Below, in pieces: positions 18,212-27,506 of a DNA stretch of 64,000 nucleotides (its first letter is position 1; each line of letters opens with the position of its first letter). The notes beneath the pieces were generated by a model, which ran no database searches, was not told the DNA's origin, and was given only the letters and a program-made list of their open reading frames with translations. The stretch covers positions 873,213 through 937,212 of the forward strand of contig CBDFJZ010000008.1 of assembly GCA_965248675.1 (NCBI GenBank). The letters run 5' to 3'. The position numbers and the translations under genes are program-made. Origin of the DNA: Dehalococcoidia bacterium. Its GTDB lineage: Bacteria; Chloroflexota; Dehalococcoidia; UBA2979.

Positions 18212-19609
18212 ATGCGAACACGAGCGGGGAGTGCAAGCGCACTCAGCGCGGTGATGGCGATCGTTGCGGCAGCGTGCAGCTTCGGCGGAGGCGATTCCGC
18301 TCCCAGGCCGACGGCGACGCCGTCCGCCACGGCCGCTCCCACGGCCACCTCGGCGGCAGCAGTCGCAGCGACGTCAACCGCGGAGGTCGTATTCCTCGAC
18401 GCACGGCCGGTCGAGGTCGTCGCGGGGCGGAGCGAGCTGCCCTCGGATCTGGCGCTGATCGTCACACGCGACGGGGAGCTGCGACGGATTCACCGGCTCG
18501 CCAGCGGTGAGTTGGAGACGCGTTTGCTGTTCGATCCGTTCGCCTACGGCAGCACCCGGATGCTGACGTACCGTGGGTTCGACACGACCGGCCCCGTGCT
18601 GCCGAACGGCCAACTGGCGATCAGCGCATGCTCGACGAGGGAGTGCCCGGGCCTGAGCGCGGCCTCGGCGGATGCGTTGTCGACGGTCTTCCGGTCGATC
18701 GACGGAGGCGTGAGCTGGTCAGCGAGCGCGGAGATCGACGGTACCGTCCGCGTGGTCAGCGGGGCGCGGGAGGGCGAGCTACTGGTGCAGCGGCTGCCGC
18801 GCGAGGGCGACGATCGGACAGGACGCCTCGAATGGTGGCCGTCCGGGCGGGTACTCGATCCTCCGACGGAGTGGGCGAGTGAGAGCGAGCCTGCGATCCT
18901 GCCCGACAACCGCGTGATCTGGTGGACGGGCGGGGGTCAGCTGCTCGACTGTGAGGGGCGCAGGTTGCTCGACCTCGGGGAAGAGCTGAGCGGTGGGTCG
19001 GTGGCGCGTGCGATCGCGATCCTCCCAAATGCCGACGGCAGCAGAATCGTCGTCACGTGGCAGGAGAACCCGCCCGACTCGCTGAAGGGACCGTTCCGGT
19101 GGAGCGTCTACGCCGCCGCCGGCAACCGCTACGAGTTGATGGACATCCTGGCTGCCCCGTTCAACGCCATACCGACAGCATGGCTGGGCGAGTCTGAACT
19201 GCTGTTCACCGCCGACCTCGACTGGAAGCTGCTCGGCGAAGAAGCTCTCACGCCCGAGCAGCCGCGGCTGCCGGTGATCCTCGACGTTGTCGAGGGCACG
19301 GCAATGGCGATCGATGTGCCGGGCGGGACGCTCGGGCGCGGGTGGGCCGTCGCGATTCAGCGCGGTCCGTTCGCGGAGATCAATGCGGGCGTCGGGGACT
19401 GCCTCAATCTGCGGACCGCGCCGTCGCTCGATGGCGGGGTGCTGCGATGCGTGGCGCACGCGACGCTGCTGGAGGCGCTGTCGCCGATCGACAGCAACTG
19501 GGTACTGGTACGAACCTCAGATGCGGTCGAGGGCTGGGTCAGTGGCGAGTTCTTGCGTCAAGCCCGGCCGCGGGCCACGCCCACCGCCACCCCCGCCGCG
19601 AGCGAGTAG
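18212..19609 (+). CDS. lipoprotein with C-terminal bacterial SH3 (SH3b) domain
   Basis: ATG at 18212. MRTRAGSASALSAVMAIVAAACSFGGG (signal peptide plus Cys), then an Ala/Thr/Pro linker. C-terminal GDCLNLRTAPSLDGGVLRCVAHATLLEALSPIDSNWVLVRTSDAVEGWVSGEFL is SH3b-like. Confidence 0.65.
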   Translation: MRTRAGSASALSAVMAIVAAACSFGGGDSAPRPTATPSATAAPTATSAAAVAATSTAEVVFLDARPVEVVAGRSELPSDLALIVTRDGELRRIHRLASGELETRLLFDPFAYGSTRMLTYRGFDTTGPVLPNGQLAISACSTRECPGLSAASADALSTVFRSIDGGVSWSASAEIDGTVRVVSGAREGELLVQRLPREGDDRTGRLEWWPSGRVLDPPTEWASESEPAILPDNRVIWWTGGGQLLDCEGRRLLDLGEELSGGSVARAIAILPNADGSRIVVTWQENPPDSLKGPFRWSVYAAAGNRYELMDILAAPFNAIPTAWLGESELLFTADLDWKLLGEEALTPEQPRLPVILDVVEGTAMAIDVPGGTLGRGWAVAIQRGPFAEINAGVGDCLNLRTAPSLDGGVLRCVAHATLLEALSPIDSNWVLVRTSDAVEGWVSGEFLRQARPRATPTATPAASE

Positions 19610-19745
19610 CATCGCAGCCACATCGGCTGCCCTCGATCGACAAGCCGCGTCCGCGTTCACGCGCGCCGGCCTCGACGGCTAGGAGCGCGCCGACAACCGG
19701 CGAGCGCGCGCGTTCGTACCATTTCGCGACGCGCAGACGGAGAAC

Positions 19746-20521
19746 GTGGAGGACAGATGTCGATCGCACCAGGGGGGGACGCTACTCGCGCGGCGCACGT
19801 CGCGACGCGCGATGCTGCGCGACGGGGGAATCGCCGCGGGAGGCGTGAGCCTCTTTCTGATCGGATGCACCAGCGACAGCGACGATTCCACGGCGGCGGC
19901 GGCCGCGACGGACGAGCCCACCTCGCAACCGACGGAGGCGCGACCGAGGAACCGACCGAGGAGCCGACGGCCGAACCGACCGAGGAGCCGACTCCAGAGC
20001 CGACCGAGGAGCCCGCGCCGCCCGCGCCGCCGACCAAGGTGATCGTGCAGTCCGTGTCGCTGGCGGGCGACGACGGGACGGTCGTGCTGCGGAACCTGGC
20101 CGGTGTCGCGATCACGATGGAGGGCTGGTTCATCTGTCAGCGGCCGATCTACTGGGCGATTCCCTCGACCACGCTGCAACCTGGCGCCGAGGTCACGCTC
20201 CATGCGGGCGCGGGCACGAACGACGCCAGCAACTTCTTCGCGAGCGGCGGGTTCGGCAGCCTGGCCGGCGGTCAGGGCGAGATCGCACTCTACGACAGCG
20301 CGAACTTCGGCTCGTCCGAGTCGATTGTCTCGTTCGTGGCCTGGAATGGCGGCAGCGGCCGGGCTCTCGGAGGCGCTGGGCGCCGGGATCTGGGGATCGG
20401 GCACGGTCCGGGCTACCGACGGCGACACGATCGTTTTTGTTGGCCCCGCGGAGGACGCGAGCGGGTTCACGCTGCAGTAGTCGCGCCAGCCGAGACCGGC
20501 GCGCGGAGCCCGCGCTCCTGA
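19746..20521 (+). pseudogene. Tat-signal lipoprotein with (TEEP)n linker and lamin-tail (LTD) domain; frame changes inside the repeat
   Basis: Frame 0 from 19746 gives MEDRCRSHQGGTLLARRTSRRAMLRDGGIAAGGVSLFLIGCTSDSDD (RR motif, lipobox LIGC). The LTD body (TEEPTEEPTAEPTEEPTPEPTEEP... KVIVQSVSLAGDDGTVVLRNLAGVAITMEGWFIC ... GAEVTLHAGAG ... ALYDSANFGSSESIVSFVAW) is in frame 2 from 19757. The switch is at ~19935-19945 within the repeat. A second possible frame change lies near 20360 (alternative C-terminus ...GTVRATDGDTIVFVGPAEDASGFTLQ ending at 20480). Confidence 0.5.
19941..20013. repeat. imperfect tandem 12-nt repeat (gaggagccgacc-like) encoding TEEP/PTEEP
   Basis: accgaggaaccgaccgaggagccgacggccgaaccgaccgaggagccgactccagagccgaccgaggag, seen directly. 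Confidence 0.6.
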
Positions 20522-20535
20522 CTCCTCAACCGGGC

Positions 20536-21822
20536 TTACACGTCGACGTCCGCAGGCTCCTCGGAGCGGCGCAGCTGGCTCGCGAAGATCGGCAGCGCCG
20601 GTATGAGGAGGGCGCCGGCGGCGACGATGGCGATGCGAACGCTGGTGGCGGTGGCGATGACGCCCATGAGCGGGCCACCCGCGGTCTGGCCCAACGCGTC
20701 CGCCTGACTCTGGAGCGAGAGCACCGTCGCACGTGAGCGCGGGTCGAGCCCTCGGTTGAGCCAGGCGAGGGTGAGCGGATGGGCGGCCTGGCGGACCCAG
20801 GCGGTGGTCCAGTAGGCCGCGAGCGCGATGACAAAGAGCTGGGCGGTTCCGAAGAGCAGCATAGCCGCGATCAGCACAGCCTCGAGGCCGACGAGCGCCC
20901 AGACAAGGGAGCGGACGCGCTCCGTGTCGGTGACGCGGCCCATCAACTCGGTGACGGCGATGCCGCCGACGAGACCGCCGGCGGAGAAGATGCCGAACCA
21001 GATCGCTTCGTTCGCTCCTTCGCCGCCGGGGAGGCCGACTTCATCGAGGAAGATCAGCGGGTTGAAGCGGTCGAGTGCTTCGCTTGAGGCACCGCCGATG
21101 AGGGTGATGGCGACGATCGCGATGAGGACAGGGCGGCCTCGGATGGCGCGGACGCCGGCGACGGCGGTATTGCCGACGGCGGACCAGCCGGTGGTGGCGT
21201 GCGGGACGAAACCGCGCTCCGACATGGTGAGCGCAACGGCGAGGGCGAGCAGCAGGTGGAGCGCGCCACCCGTGAGCATCGGCGCCTGGAGGTCGACGGT
21301 GGCGGCGAAGACGCCGATCGGGATCCCGACGAGGTAGCCGAGCTGTGAGAGCTGGGTACCTCGGAAGTAGGTGGCGGCGGCGCGATCTTCACCGATCTCA
21401 TCGGCGAGCCAGGCTTCGAGCGCGCCGCTGCGAAAGGTGAAGCCGAGGCCAAGGATGACCTGGCCGAGGACGACGAAGAGGAAGCCGGGGACGGCTGCCA
21501 TCACCATCCAGGAGACGCCGGTGACAAGCACGCCGATCAGAACAGAGAGGCGACGGCTGTAGACATCGGCGATGACACCGGTGGGTACCTCGAAAGCGAA
21601 CGCCGAGAGTTCGAGGGCGGTGCCGACGAGCACAAGTTCGAGGGGCGAAAGACCAGCTTCGCGGACGACGTACAGGCCGTAGGTGGCGGCGGCGACGGCG
21701 CCGAGGAAGCTGTGGACCCCTCGGTAGCCGAGGTAGAAGCGACGCGGCTCGACAGGGCGGCCGCGCAGCAGCAGTGTGGCACGTGGATCGATAGCCAAGG
21801 TGTTACCCCTCAGGAGGCGCAC
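20536..21822 (-). CDS. MFS transporter
   Basis: 428-aa polytopic protein with 12-TM-like hydrophobic pattern and typical MFS loop motifs. Confidence 0.75.
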   Translation of the reverse strand: MRLLRGNTLAIDPRATLLLRGRPVEPRRFYLGYRGVHSFLGAVAAATYGLYVVREAGLSPLELVLVGTALELSAFAFEVPTGVIADVYSRRLSVLIGVLVTGVSWMVMAAVPGFLFVVLGQVILGLGFTFRSGALEAWLADEIGEDRAAATYFRGTQLSQLGYLVGIPIGVFAATVDLQAPMLTGGALHLLLALAVALTMSERGFVPHATTGWSAVGNTAVAGVRAIRGRPVLIAIVAITLIGGASSEALDRFNPLIFLDEVGLPGGEGANEAIWFGIFSAGGLVGGIAVTELMGRVTDTERVRSLVWALVGLEAVLIAAMLLFGTAQLFVIALAAYWTTAWVRQAAHPLTLAWLNRGLDPRSRATVLSLQSQADALGQTAGGPLMGVIATATSVRIAIVAAGALLIPALPIFASQLRRSEEPADVDV

Positions 21823-22040
21823 GCGGAGCGTGCGTCAGCGCCGAATCCGGAAGACGACGGTCGGAACGGGCGGTCAGTTAGCTGACGGCGGTCCGAGCGG
21901 TGAGGGGTGCTGGCATCGGGACGCTCCGTCCGGTCGCGAGCATCGATAGTGGCGATGAGGCTGGCGGCGGTCAACCACGGGAAGGCGATATCGAAGGTAA
22001 GATTGCGTCAGAGGCTGAACAGCTTGAGGGGAATGCACGG

Positions 22041-22487
22041 GTGGCCGATCCGAGACCGCAACCGCGGGAGTACCGAGGTGAGTCGATCGCGGTGACGTTC
22101 GACAGCCTTCGTTGCATCCACGCCGAGGAATGCGTGCGCGGGATGCCGAACGTCTTCGACCTGAAGCAGCGGCCGTGGGTACAGCCGAACCGAGGCAACG
22201 CCGACGATATCGCCGACGTGGTCCAGCGGTGCTCGTCCGGCGCGCTCACGTTTATGCGCCTCACCTTCGGATCGGAGGAGCGTGCCGAGGAGCCGCCGCG
22301 GATCATCGTGATCCCGGACGGTCCGCTCTACATCCGGGGCAATTTCGAGTACCCCATGGCCGAGGGCGAGATGGTGCGGAGCCCGAGGGCCGCGCTCTGC
22401 CGCTGCGGCGACTCCTCGAACAAGCCGTTCTGCGACAACAGTCACGTTGCGAAGGGGTTCCAGGCTCCAGAGCGTGCTCCGGAGTAG
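22041..22487 (+). CDS. CDGSH-type iron-sulfur domain protein with N-terminal divergent 4Fe-4S mono-cluster-like domain
   Basis: C-terminal CRCGDSSNKPFCDNSH fits C-x-C-x2-S-x3-P-x-C-D-(G/N)-S-H. N-terminal VTFDSLRCIHAEECVRGMPNVFD...CSSGALTF resembles DUF1271/Fer4_19. The GTG at 22041 has GAGGGG upstream. The ATG at 21900 is an alternative start. Confidence 0.6.
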   Translation: MADPRPQPREYRGESIAVTFDSLRCIHAEECVRGMPNVFDLKQRPWVQPNRGNADDIADVVQRCSSGALTFMRLTFGSEERAEEPPRIIVIPDGPLYIRGNFEYPMAEGEMVRSPRAALCRCGDSSNKPFCDNSHVAKGFQAPERAPE

Positions 22488-22498
22488 CGCTGTCTCGG

Positions 22499-22990
22499 CT
22501 AGAGCCAGCAGCGGACCCCGTGGCGGTAGTCGTCGTAGGCGTCGCCGAAGAGGTCAGCGAGTCGCCGTTCCTCGTCCGCGATGACGAGGCGGTCGACGAC
22601 GACGAGCGCGAGCGCGCCGAAGACGAGGCCCCAGGCTGAGTTGACGATCAGCAGGATCGCGACCGTGAACAGCGCGTAGGCGACGTAGATCGGGTTCCTC
22701 GAGAAGCGGAACGGACCCGAGGTGACGAGGGCGGTCGTCGGGGCGCGGGGAGCGGGCGCCGTGCCGGCGCGGCGCATGGTGCGCCCTGCCCAGCCGAACA
22801 GCAGCACCGAGTCGAGGCCGAGCACGATGCCGACCCAGCGGACGGCGATGCCGCCAACGTCCAGCGGCGCGACCGCCTGGGCGGCGAAGCCGACGAGGAT
22901 CGCGACCACGAAGGGCAGCGGAGGGATCGACGGGAGGAGTCCCGGCCTCGAGGGACGGCTCGGTCCGGGCGGTGTCGGCGAGTCGGTCAT
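22499..22990 (-). CDS. isoprenylcysteine carboxyl methyltransferase (ICMT/PEMT) family membrane methyltransferase
   Basis: SGPFRFSRNPIY motif and multi-TM hydrophobic profile. Confidence 0.7.
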   Translation of the reverse strand: MTDSPTPPGPSRPSRPGLLPSIPPLPFVVAILVGFAAQAVAPLDVGGIAVRWVGIVLGLDSVLLFGWAGRTMRRAGTAPAPRAPTTALVTSGPFRFSRNPIYVAYALFTVAILLIVNSAWGLVFGALALVVVDRLVIADEERRLADLFGDAYDDYRHGVRCWL

Positions 22991-23010
22991 CCAGGCGCCT
23001 CCGCGGGTCG

Positions 23011-25281
23011 CTAATCCTCCATCAGCTCGTCGAGCAGGACACGAGGCGAGATCGGCAGGTGGCGCATGCGGTGGCCAGTTGCGTGTGTGATCGCGTTCGC
23101 GACCGCGGCCAGCGGTGGGACCAGCGGGACCTCGCCGACGCCGCGGACGCCGTAGGGGTGACCAGGATTCGGCACCTCGACGAGCACGGTTTCGAGCTCC
23201 GGGACATCGAGCGTGGTCGGCATGCGGTAGTCGAGGAAGCTCGCGTTGAGCAGGCGGCCGTCGTCGCCCCAGACATACTCCTCGGACACGGCCATGCCGA
23301 CGCCCTGGGCGACGGCGCCCTGGATCTGGCCCTCCACGTATGAGGGGTGCACGGCAGTGCCGACGTCCTGGAGGGCGGTGTAGCGAAGGATCTCGACCTT
23401 GCCGGTGTCGGGGTCGACCTCGACGTCGACGATGTGAGCGGCGAAGGCGGAGCCGACCGTGGTGGGCTTCACGTCGGCCTGCCCCTGGAGCATGCCGCCG
23501 GAGGCCGGTAGGCGGCTTGCGAGCTCGGCGAAGGTCAGCTCCTTGCCCTCGGGACCGCGGATCACGCCGTCGTTGTCGTAGGCGACGTCAGCGGCGTCGA
23601 CGTTCCAGAGCTGGGCGGCACGGGCCTCGAGCTGCTTGCGCAGATCGATCGCGGCCTCGTGCACGGCCCAGCCGGTGGCGAAGGTGGTGCGGCTGCCGCC
23701 GGTGTTGCCGGTGAAACCGATCGAGTCGGTGTCCGTGACATGCGGCTTGACCTGGTCGTAGGTGATGCCCATCGACTCGGCGAACTGCATCGCCAGGGCG
23801 GCCCGTTGGCCGCCGATGTCGACCGAGCCGAGCACGAGGCTGACAGTGCCGTCCGGGTTGGTGTTGGCGTAGGCGCTGGACTCGTTGCCGCCGTTGAACC
23901 AGAAGCCGGCGGCGACGCCGCGGCCGCGGTTGGGCCCGTCGAGCTCGGAACGGTAGTGAGGGGTGTCCGCCGCCGCCCGCATCACGTCCTCGTGGCCGAT
24001 CGCGCCGTGGGGGGTGCCCTCGGAGCGGCGGTCACCCTCGTGAGCGATGTTCAGCAGGCGGATCTCGATCGGGTCGAGGGCAAGCTGATCGGCGAGTTCG
24101 TCGATCGCGGACTCGACGCCGAAGGCGACAGCGGGGGCTCCTGGCGCTCGGTAGGCGGCGGTCTTGGGCTTGTTGACGACGACCTCGAAGCCATCGACGC
24201 GCTGGTTCTCGATCGCGTAGGGGGCGAGGCCGCAGCGCGCGCCGCCCGGCAGCGGCGCGCCGGGGTAGGCGCCGGCCTCGAACTCGAGGTGGACGTCGGC
24301 GGCGACGATCTTGCCGTCGCGGGTGGCGCCGAGCTTGACGCGCGAGCGGGTGGCCGAGGTGGGGCCGGAGGCCTCGAAGACCTCGGTGCGGTTCATGGAG
24401 AGCTGGACCGGGCGACCGGTCTGCTTCGAGAGGAGCGCGGTCAGCAGCGCGAAGTAGGAGGAGAGCTTGCCGCCGAAGCCACCGCCGATCTCGGTCGGGA
24501 TGACGCGGATCCTCGAGACGGGGTGCTTGAGGATGCCGGCGAGCGCGTCGCGGACGCCGAAGGCGCCCTGGGTGGCGGTCCAGACCGTGAGCTGGCCGTC
24601 CTGGTTCCAGTGCGCCGTCGCGGTGTGGGGCTCGATGTAGCCCTGATGCGCGGTGGACGTTGAGTACTCGCGCTCGATCACCACGTCGGCGGCGCCGAAG
24701 CCCGCATCGAGGTCGCCGAGCTCCAGCTTGACCTGGCGGGCGATGTTGGTCGGCTTGCCGTCGATCGGGTCGAACAGGTTGTCGATGCCCTCGGTGAGCG
24801 CAGGGTCGTGGAGGATCGGGGCGTCGGGGGCGATCGCTTCGTCTATGCTCATCACCGGCGGGAGGACCTCGTACTCAACCTCGATCAGGTCGATCGCGTC
24901 CTCGGCGGCGTAGAGGCCGGTTGCCGCGATCGCGGCGACCGGCTGGCCGCGGTACACGACGGTATCGTTCGCGAGCAGGTGGTCGACCTGGAACGAGGGC
25001 GGGATCGGGCCTCGGAAGGTGGCGATCGGCGCGGTGCCCTGGTCCGGGACGTCGGCGGCGGTGATGGCGGCGACGACGCCGGGGTGGGCGAGCGCCTTCG
25101 AGGTGTCGATCGACTTGATGCGGGCGTGGGCGTGCGGGCTGCGCAGCACCTTGCCGTGCAGCATGCCGGCGGGGCGGACGTCGGCGCCGTACTGGGCGCG
25201 ACCGGTGACCTTGTCGACGCCGTCCGGACGCACCGGACGCGTTCCAACGACCTGGTACGGCTTGTCCGCGATGACCATCAA
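23011..25281 (-). CDS. xanthine dehydrogenase/aldehyde oxidase/CoxL-family molybdopterin-binding subunit
   Basis: 756 aa. MMVIADKPYQVVGTRPVRPDGVDKVTGRAQYGADV... GGGFGGK motif. MoCo-hydroxylase large-subunit architecture. Confidence 0.85.
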   Translation of the reverse strand: MMVIADKPYQVVGTRPVRPDGVDKVTGRAQYGADVRPAGMLHGKVLRSPHAHARIKSIDTSKALAHPGVVAAITAADVPDQGTAPIATFRGPIPPSFQVDHLLANDTVVYRGQPVAAIAATGLYAAEDAIDLIEVEYEVLPPVMSIDEAIAPDAPILHDPALTEGIDNLFDPIDGKPTNIARQVKLELGDLDAGFGAADVVIEREYSTSTAHQGYIEPHTATAHWNQDGQLTVWTATQGAFGVRDALAGILKHPVSRIRVIPTEIGGGFGGKLSSYFALLTALLSKQTGRPVQLSMNRTEVFEASGPTSATRSRVKLGATRDGKIVAADVHLEFEAGAYPGAPLPGGARCGLAPYAIENQRVDGFEVVVNKPKTAAYRAPGAPAVAFGVESAIDELADQLALDPIEIRLLNIAHEGDRRSEGTPHGAIGHEDVMRAAADTPHYRSELDGPNRGRGVAAGFWFNGGNESSAYANTNPDGTVSLVLGSVDIGGQRAALAMQFAESMGITYDQVKPHVTDTDSIGFTGNTGGSRTTFATGWAVHEAAIDLRKQLEARAAQLWNVDAADVAYDNDGVIRGPEGKELTFAELASRLPASGGMLQGQADVKPTTVGSAFAAHIVDVEVDPDTGKVEILRYTALQDVGTAVHPSYVEGQIQGAVAQGVGMAVSEEYVWGDDGRLLNASFLDYRMPTTLDVPELETVLVEVPNPGHPYGVRGVGEVPLVPPLAAVANAITHATGHRMRHLPISPRVLLDELMED

Positions 25282-25368
25282 GCACCCCTACTCAGCACGC
25301 ATTCGTTCTGGCACGGCGAAACGTCATTATGCCGCAGCGAGCTCCCGGAGTCGTTCCGAGTACCTCGA

Positions 25369-26385
25369 TCAGAGGTTGATCACGACCTGCAGCTGCGACG
25401 AGGGCTTCATCAGGCCCTCGAAGGTCTCCTGGATGTCCTCGAGGTCAATGAAGCTGGCCTCGGACATGAGCGCGTCCACAGAGATGCGGCCCGACGCCAG
25501 CAGCTCGAGGGCGATACGCCAGTCCTCGGGCTGACTCCCGAAGCTGACGCGGAAGTCGATCTCGCGGGCCATCCAGTCGACCGGCTCGATCGGCAGGGGC
25601 TCCCACGGCACCGCGACGAGGACGACCTGCCCGTCGCGCCTCGTGGCGTCGAAGGCCTGGTTCAGCGTGTCGTTGAACCCGGCACAATCGAAGACCACGT
25701 TCGGTCCGAGGCCGCCGGTGAGTTCGACGAGCCACTCGACGACGTCCTCCTCCATGGGATTGATGACCTCGGCAGCTCCGAGCTGTTTCGCGGCCTCGGC
25801 GCGAGCGGGGGCGGGCTCCGAGACGAGGACACGGGCCGCGCCAGCGGCACGCGCGGCCTGGACGACGAGCATGCCGATCGGGCCGGCGCCGAGGACGGCG
25901 ACGGTGTCGCCGAGCCTGACCGCGGAGCGGCGGACGGCGTGCACGGCGACAGAGCAGGGCTCGGTGAGCGCGGCCGCCTCATCGGGGACGTTGTCGGGGA
26001 TGAGGGTGGGGCGCCACTCGGGGAGGAGCTGGAACTCGGCGTAGCCGCCGGTAACGCCGCCGGCGAAGCCCATGGTGCGGTAGTTGAAGCGGGGGTTGGC
26101 GCGCATGGGCGCGGGGCGGCCGTCCGGGTGGTCGCCACCGCCGGCGACGACGCGCTGGCCCTCGGACCAGCGGGTGACCTCGGGACCGACTTTCGCAATC
26201 TCCCCGGCGATCTCGTGGCCGATCACGGAGCCGGCAGGCGCGATGTCGTGCATGAAGGCATGCACGTCGGTGCCGCAGATCGCGGAACGATTGACCTTGA
26301 CGAGGACCTGTCCGGGGCCGGGTTCGGGTGTGGGGAGGTCGGTGACCTCGAATTGCCGCGCGCCCTGATAGACCGCTGCTCGCAT
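25369..26385 (-). CDS. Zn-dependent alcohol dehydrogenase, MDR family
   Basis: ATG at 26385 after GGAGGT. MRAAVYQGARQFEVTDLPTPEPGPGQVLVKVNRSAICGTDVHAF...GHEIAGEI...VLGAGPIGML. Confidence 0.85.
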   Translation of the reverse strand: MRAAVYQGARQFEVTDLPTPEPGPGQVLVKVNRSAICGTDVHAFMHDIAPAGSVIGHEIAGEIAKVGPEVTRWSEGQRVVAGGGDHPDGRPAPMRANPRFNYRTMGFAGGVTGGYAEFQLLPEWRPTLIPDNVPDEAAALTEPCSVAVHAVRRSAVRLGDTVAVLGAGPIGMLVVQAARAAGAARVLVSEPAPARAEAAKQLGAAEVINPMEEDVVEWLVELTGGLGPNVVFDCAGFNDTLNQAFDATRRDGQVVLVAVPWEPLPIEPVDWMAREIDFRVSFGSQPEDWRIALELLASGRISVDALMSEASFIDLEDIQETFEGLMKPSSQLQVVINL

Positions 26386-26532
26386 GCGTGACCTCCACCG
26401 CTGGGGCGCCCTCGAGGGGGCAGTCTTGTCAGCGGAGGTATACACGGTCTCGAAGGGCGGCGGGGCGAGTGGCGTGGGACCGGGCTTTCCTACCGGGATC
26501 GACAAGTTATACTAACGGCGAGGAGTATGACC

Positions 26533-26823
26533 ATGGCCAACAAGGTAGGAGCCAAAGGGCAGCTGGTAATCGAGAAAGAGATCCGGGACCGGCTCGGGAT
26601 CGAACCCGGATCGCTGGCGATCCAGCGCGTCGTAGACGATCACGTCGAGATCTACTTCCTGCCGGCGGAGCACCGGAGGTCGCTCAGGGGATCTCTGGCG
26701 CCGTATGTGAAGCGATCGAGCCGAGGCAAGGATTGGGCTCAGATCCGCGAAGAGGCATGGCGAGCCGCTGCCGAGGAACGGGAGCGGCCGTTCAAGTCGA
26801 CTCCGAAACGCGAGAGCGCGTGA
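26533..26823 (+). CDS. vapB: AbrB/MazE/SpoVT-domain antitoxin (VapB-like)
   Basis: MANKVGAKGQLVIEKEIRDRLGIEPGSLAIQRVVDDHVEIYFL is a swapped-hairpin AbrB-type fold. Preceded by GAGGAG. The stop overlaps the vapC GTG start (GTGA). Confidence 0.75.
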   Translation: MANKVGAKGQLVIEKEIRDRLGIEPGSLAIQRVVDDHVEIYFLPAEHRRSLRGSLAPYVKRSSRGKDWAQIREEAWRAAAEERERPFKSTPKRESA

Positions 26824-27215
26824 CGGCTCTTCTCGACACTTCGATCGTGGTTCGATACCTGACGAACGATCCGCCGGCGATGGCGAGGGTCGGCGCTGAG
26901 GTGATCGAAGGTGAAGAGAATCTGCGCATTACCGATGTCGTGCTCGCGGAGACGGCTTACGTGTTGAGCACGTTCTACGCGATGCCTCGAGAGGTGATCG
27001 TCGATGATCTGATCGAACTGCTCCGCCGGGAGAACCTGGAGACGGTCAACCTCGATACCGATCTCGCCTGTGAGGGACTGCTCTTGTGCCGGGCGTCCGG
27101 TCGCACGTCGTTCGCCGACGCGTTGCTCTGGGCGGAGGCGCGTACCGAGCGCCTCCCGCTGCACACCATGGACCAGCGGTTCCCGGACGCCGGGATCACC
27201 GTCCTGCAGCACTAG
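26820..27215 (+). CDS. vapC: PIN-domain ribonuclease toxin
   Basis: VTALLDTSIVVRYL... ITDVVLAETAYVL ... FADALLWAEA. Conserved acidic PIN residues (D, E, D) are in place. Confidence 0.8.
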   Translation: MTALLDTSIVVRYLTNDPPAMARVGAEVIEGEENLRITDVVLAETAYVLSTFYAMPREVIVDDLIELLRRENLETVNLDTDLACEGLLLCRASGRTSFADALLWAEARTERLPLHTMDQRFPDAGITVLQH

Positions 27216-27249
27216 GACCGAGCGACGCTGAAGGCGCCCGGCCGTGCTC

Positions 27250-27375
27250 GTGCGCGCCGTTGTTCCCGTTCGCCCCATTCGAGGTCGCGGCGTTCGAGGA
27301 TGCCTCGTAAAAGGCGAGAGCGACGTGGCGGGCGATGTCCTCGACGAACTTGGGCTTCGTACGCCTCTTCGGTGC
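27250..27375 (-). pseudogene. degenerate partial duplicate of the folE2 3' end
   Basis: 27250-27285 resembles 29021-29060, and 27290-27375 resembles 29182-29262, at roughly 85% identity. Minus-strand translation gives ...TSNGANGNNGAH, against NGSNGSNGAH at the folE2 C-terminus. About 110 bp is missing internally relative to folE2. Confidence 0.5.
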
Positions 27376-27506
27376 CGGGCTTCGTTGTGCGTCGTGGCGT
27401 CGGCCGTTAGCACGTTGTGACGGTCACGATAAGCTCGGGGCGATGACAGCTCCGGCGTGCTCTCACCGCGAGGAGCAGGCCCTCGGCGATCCTGCTCCTC
27501 GCGAGT

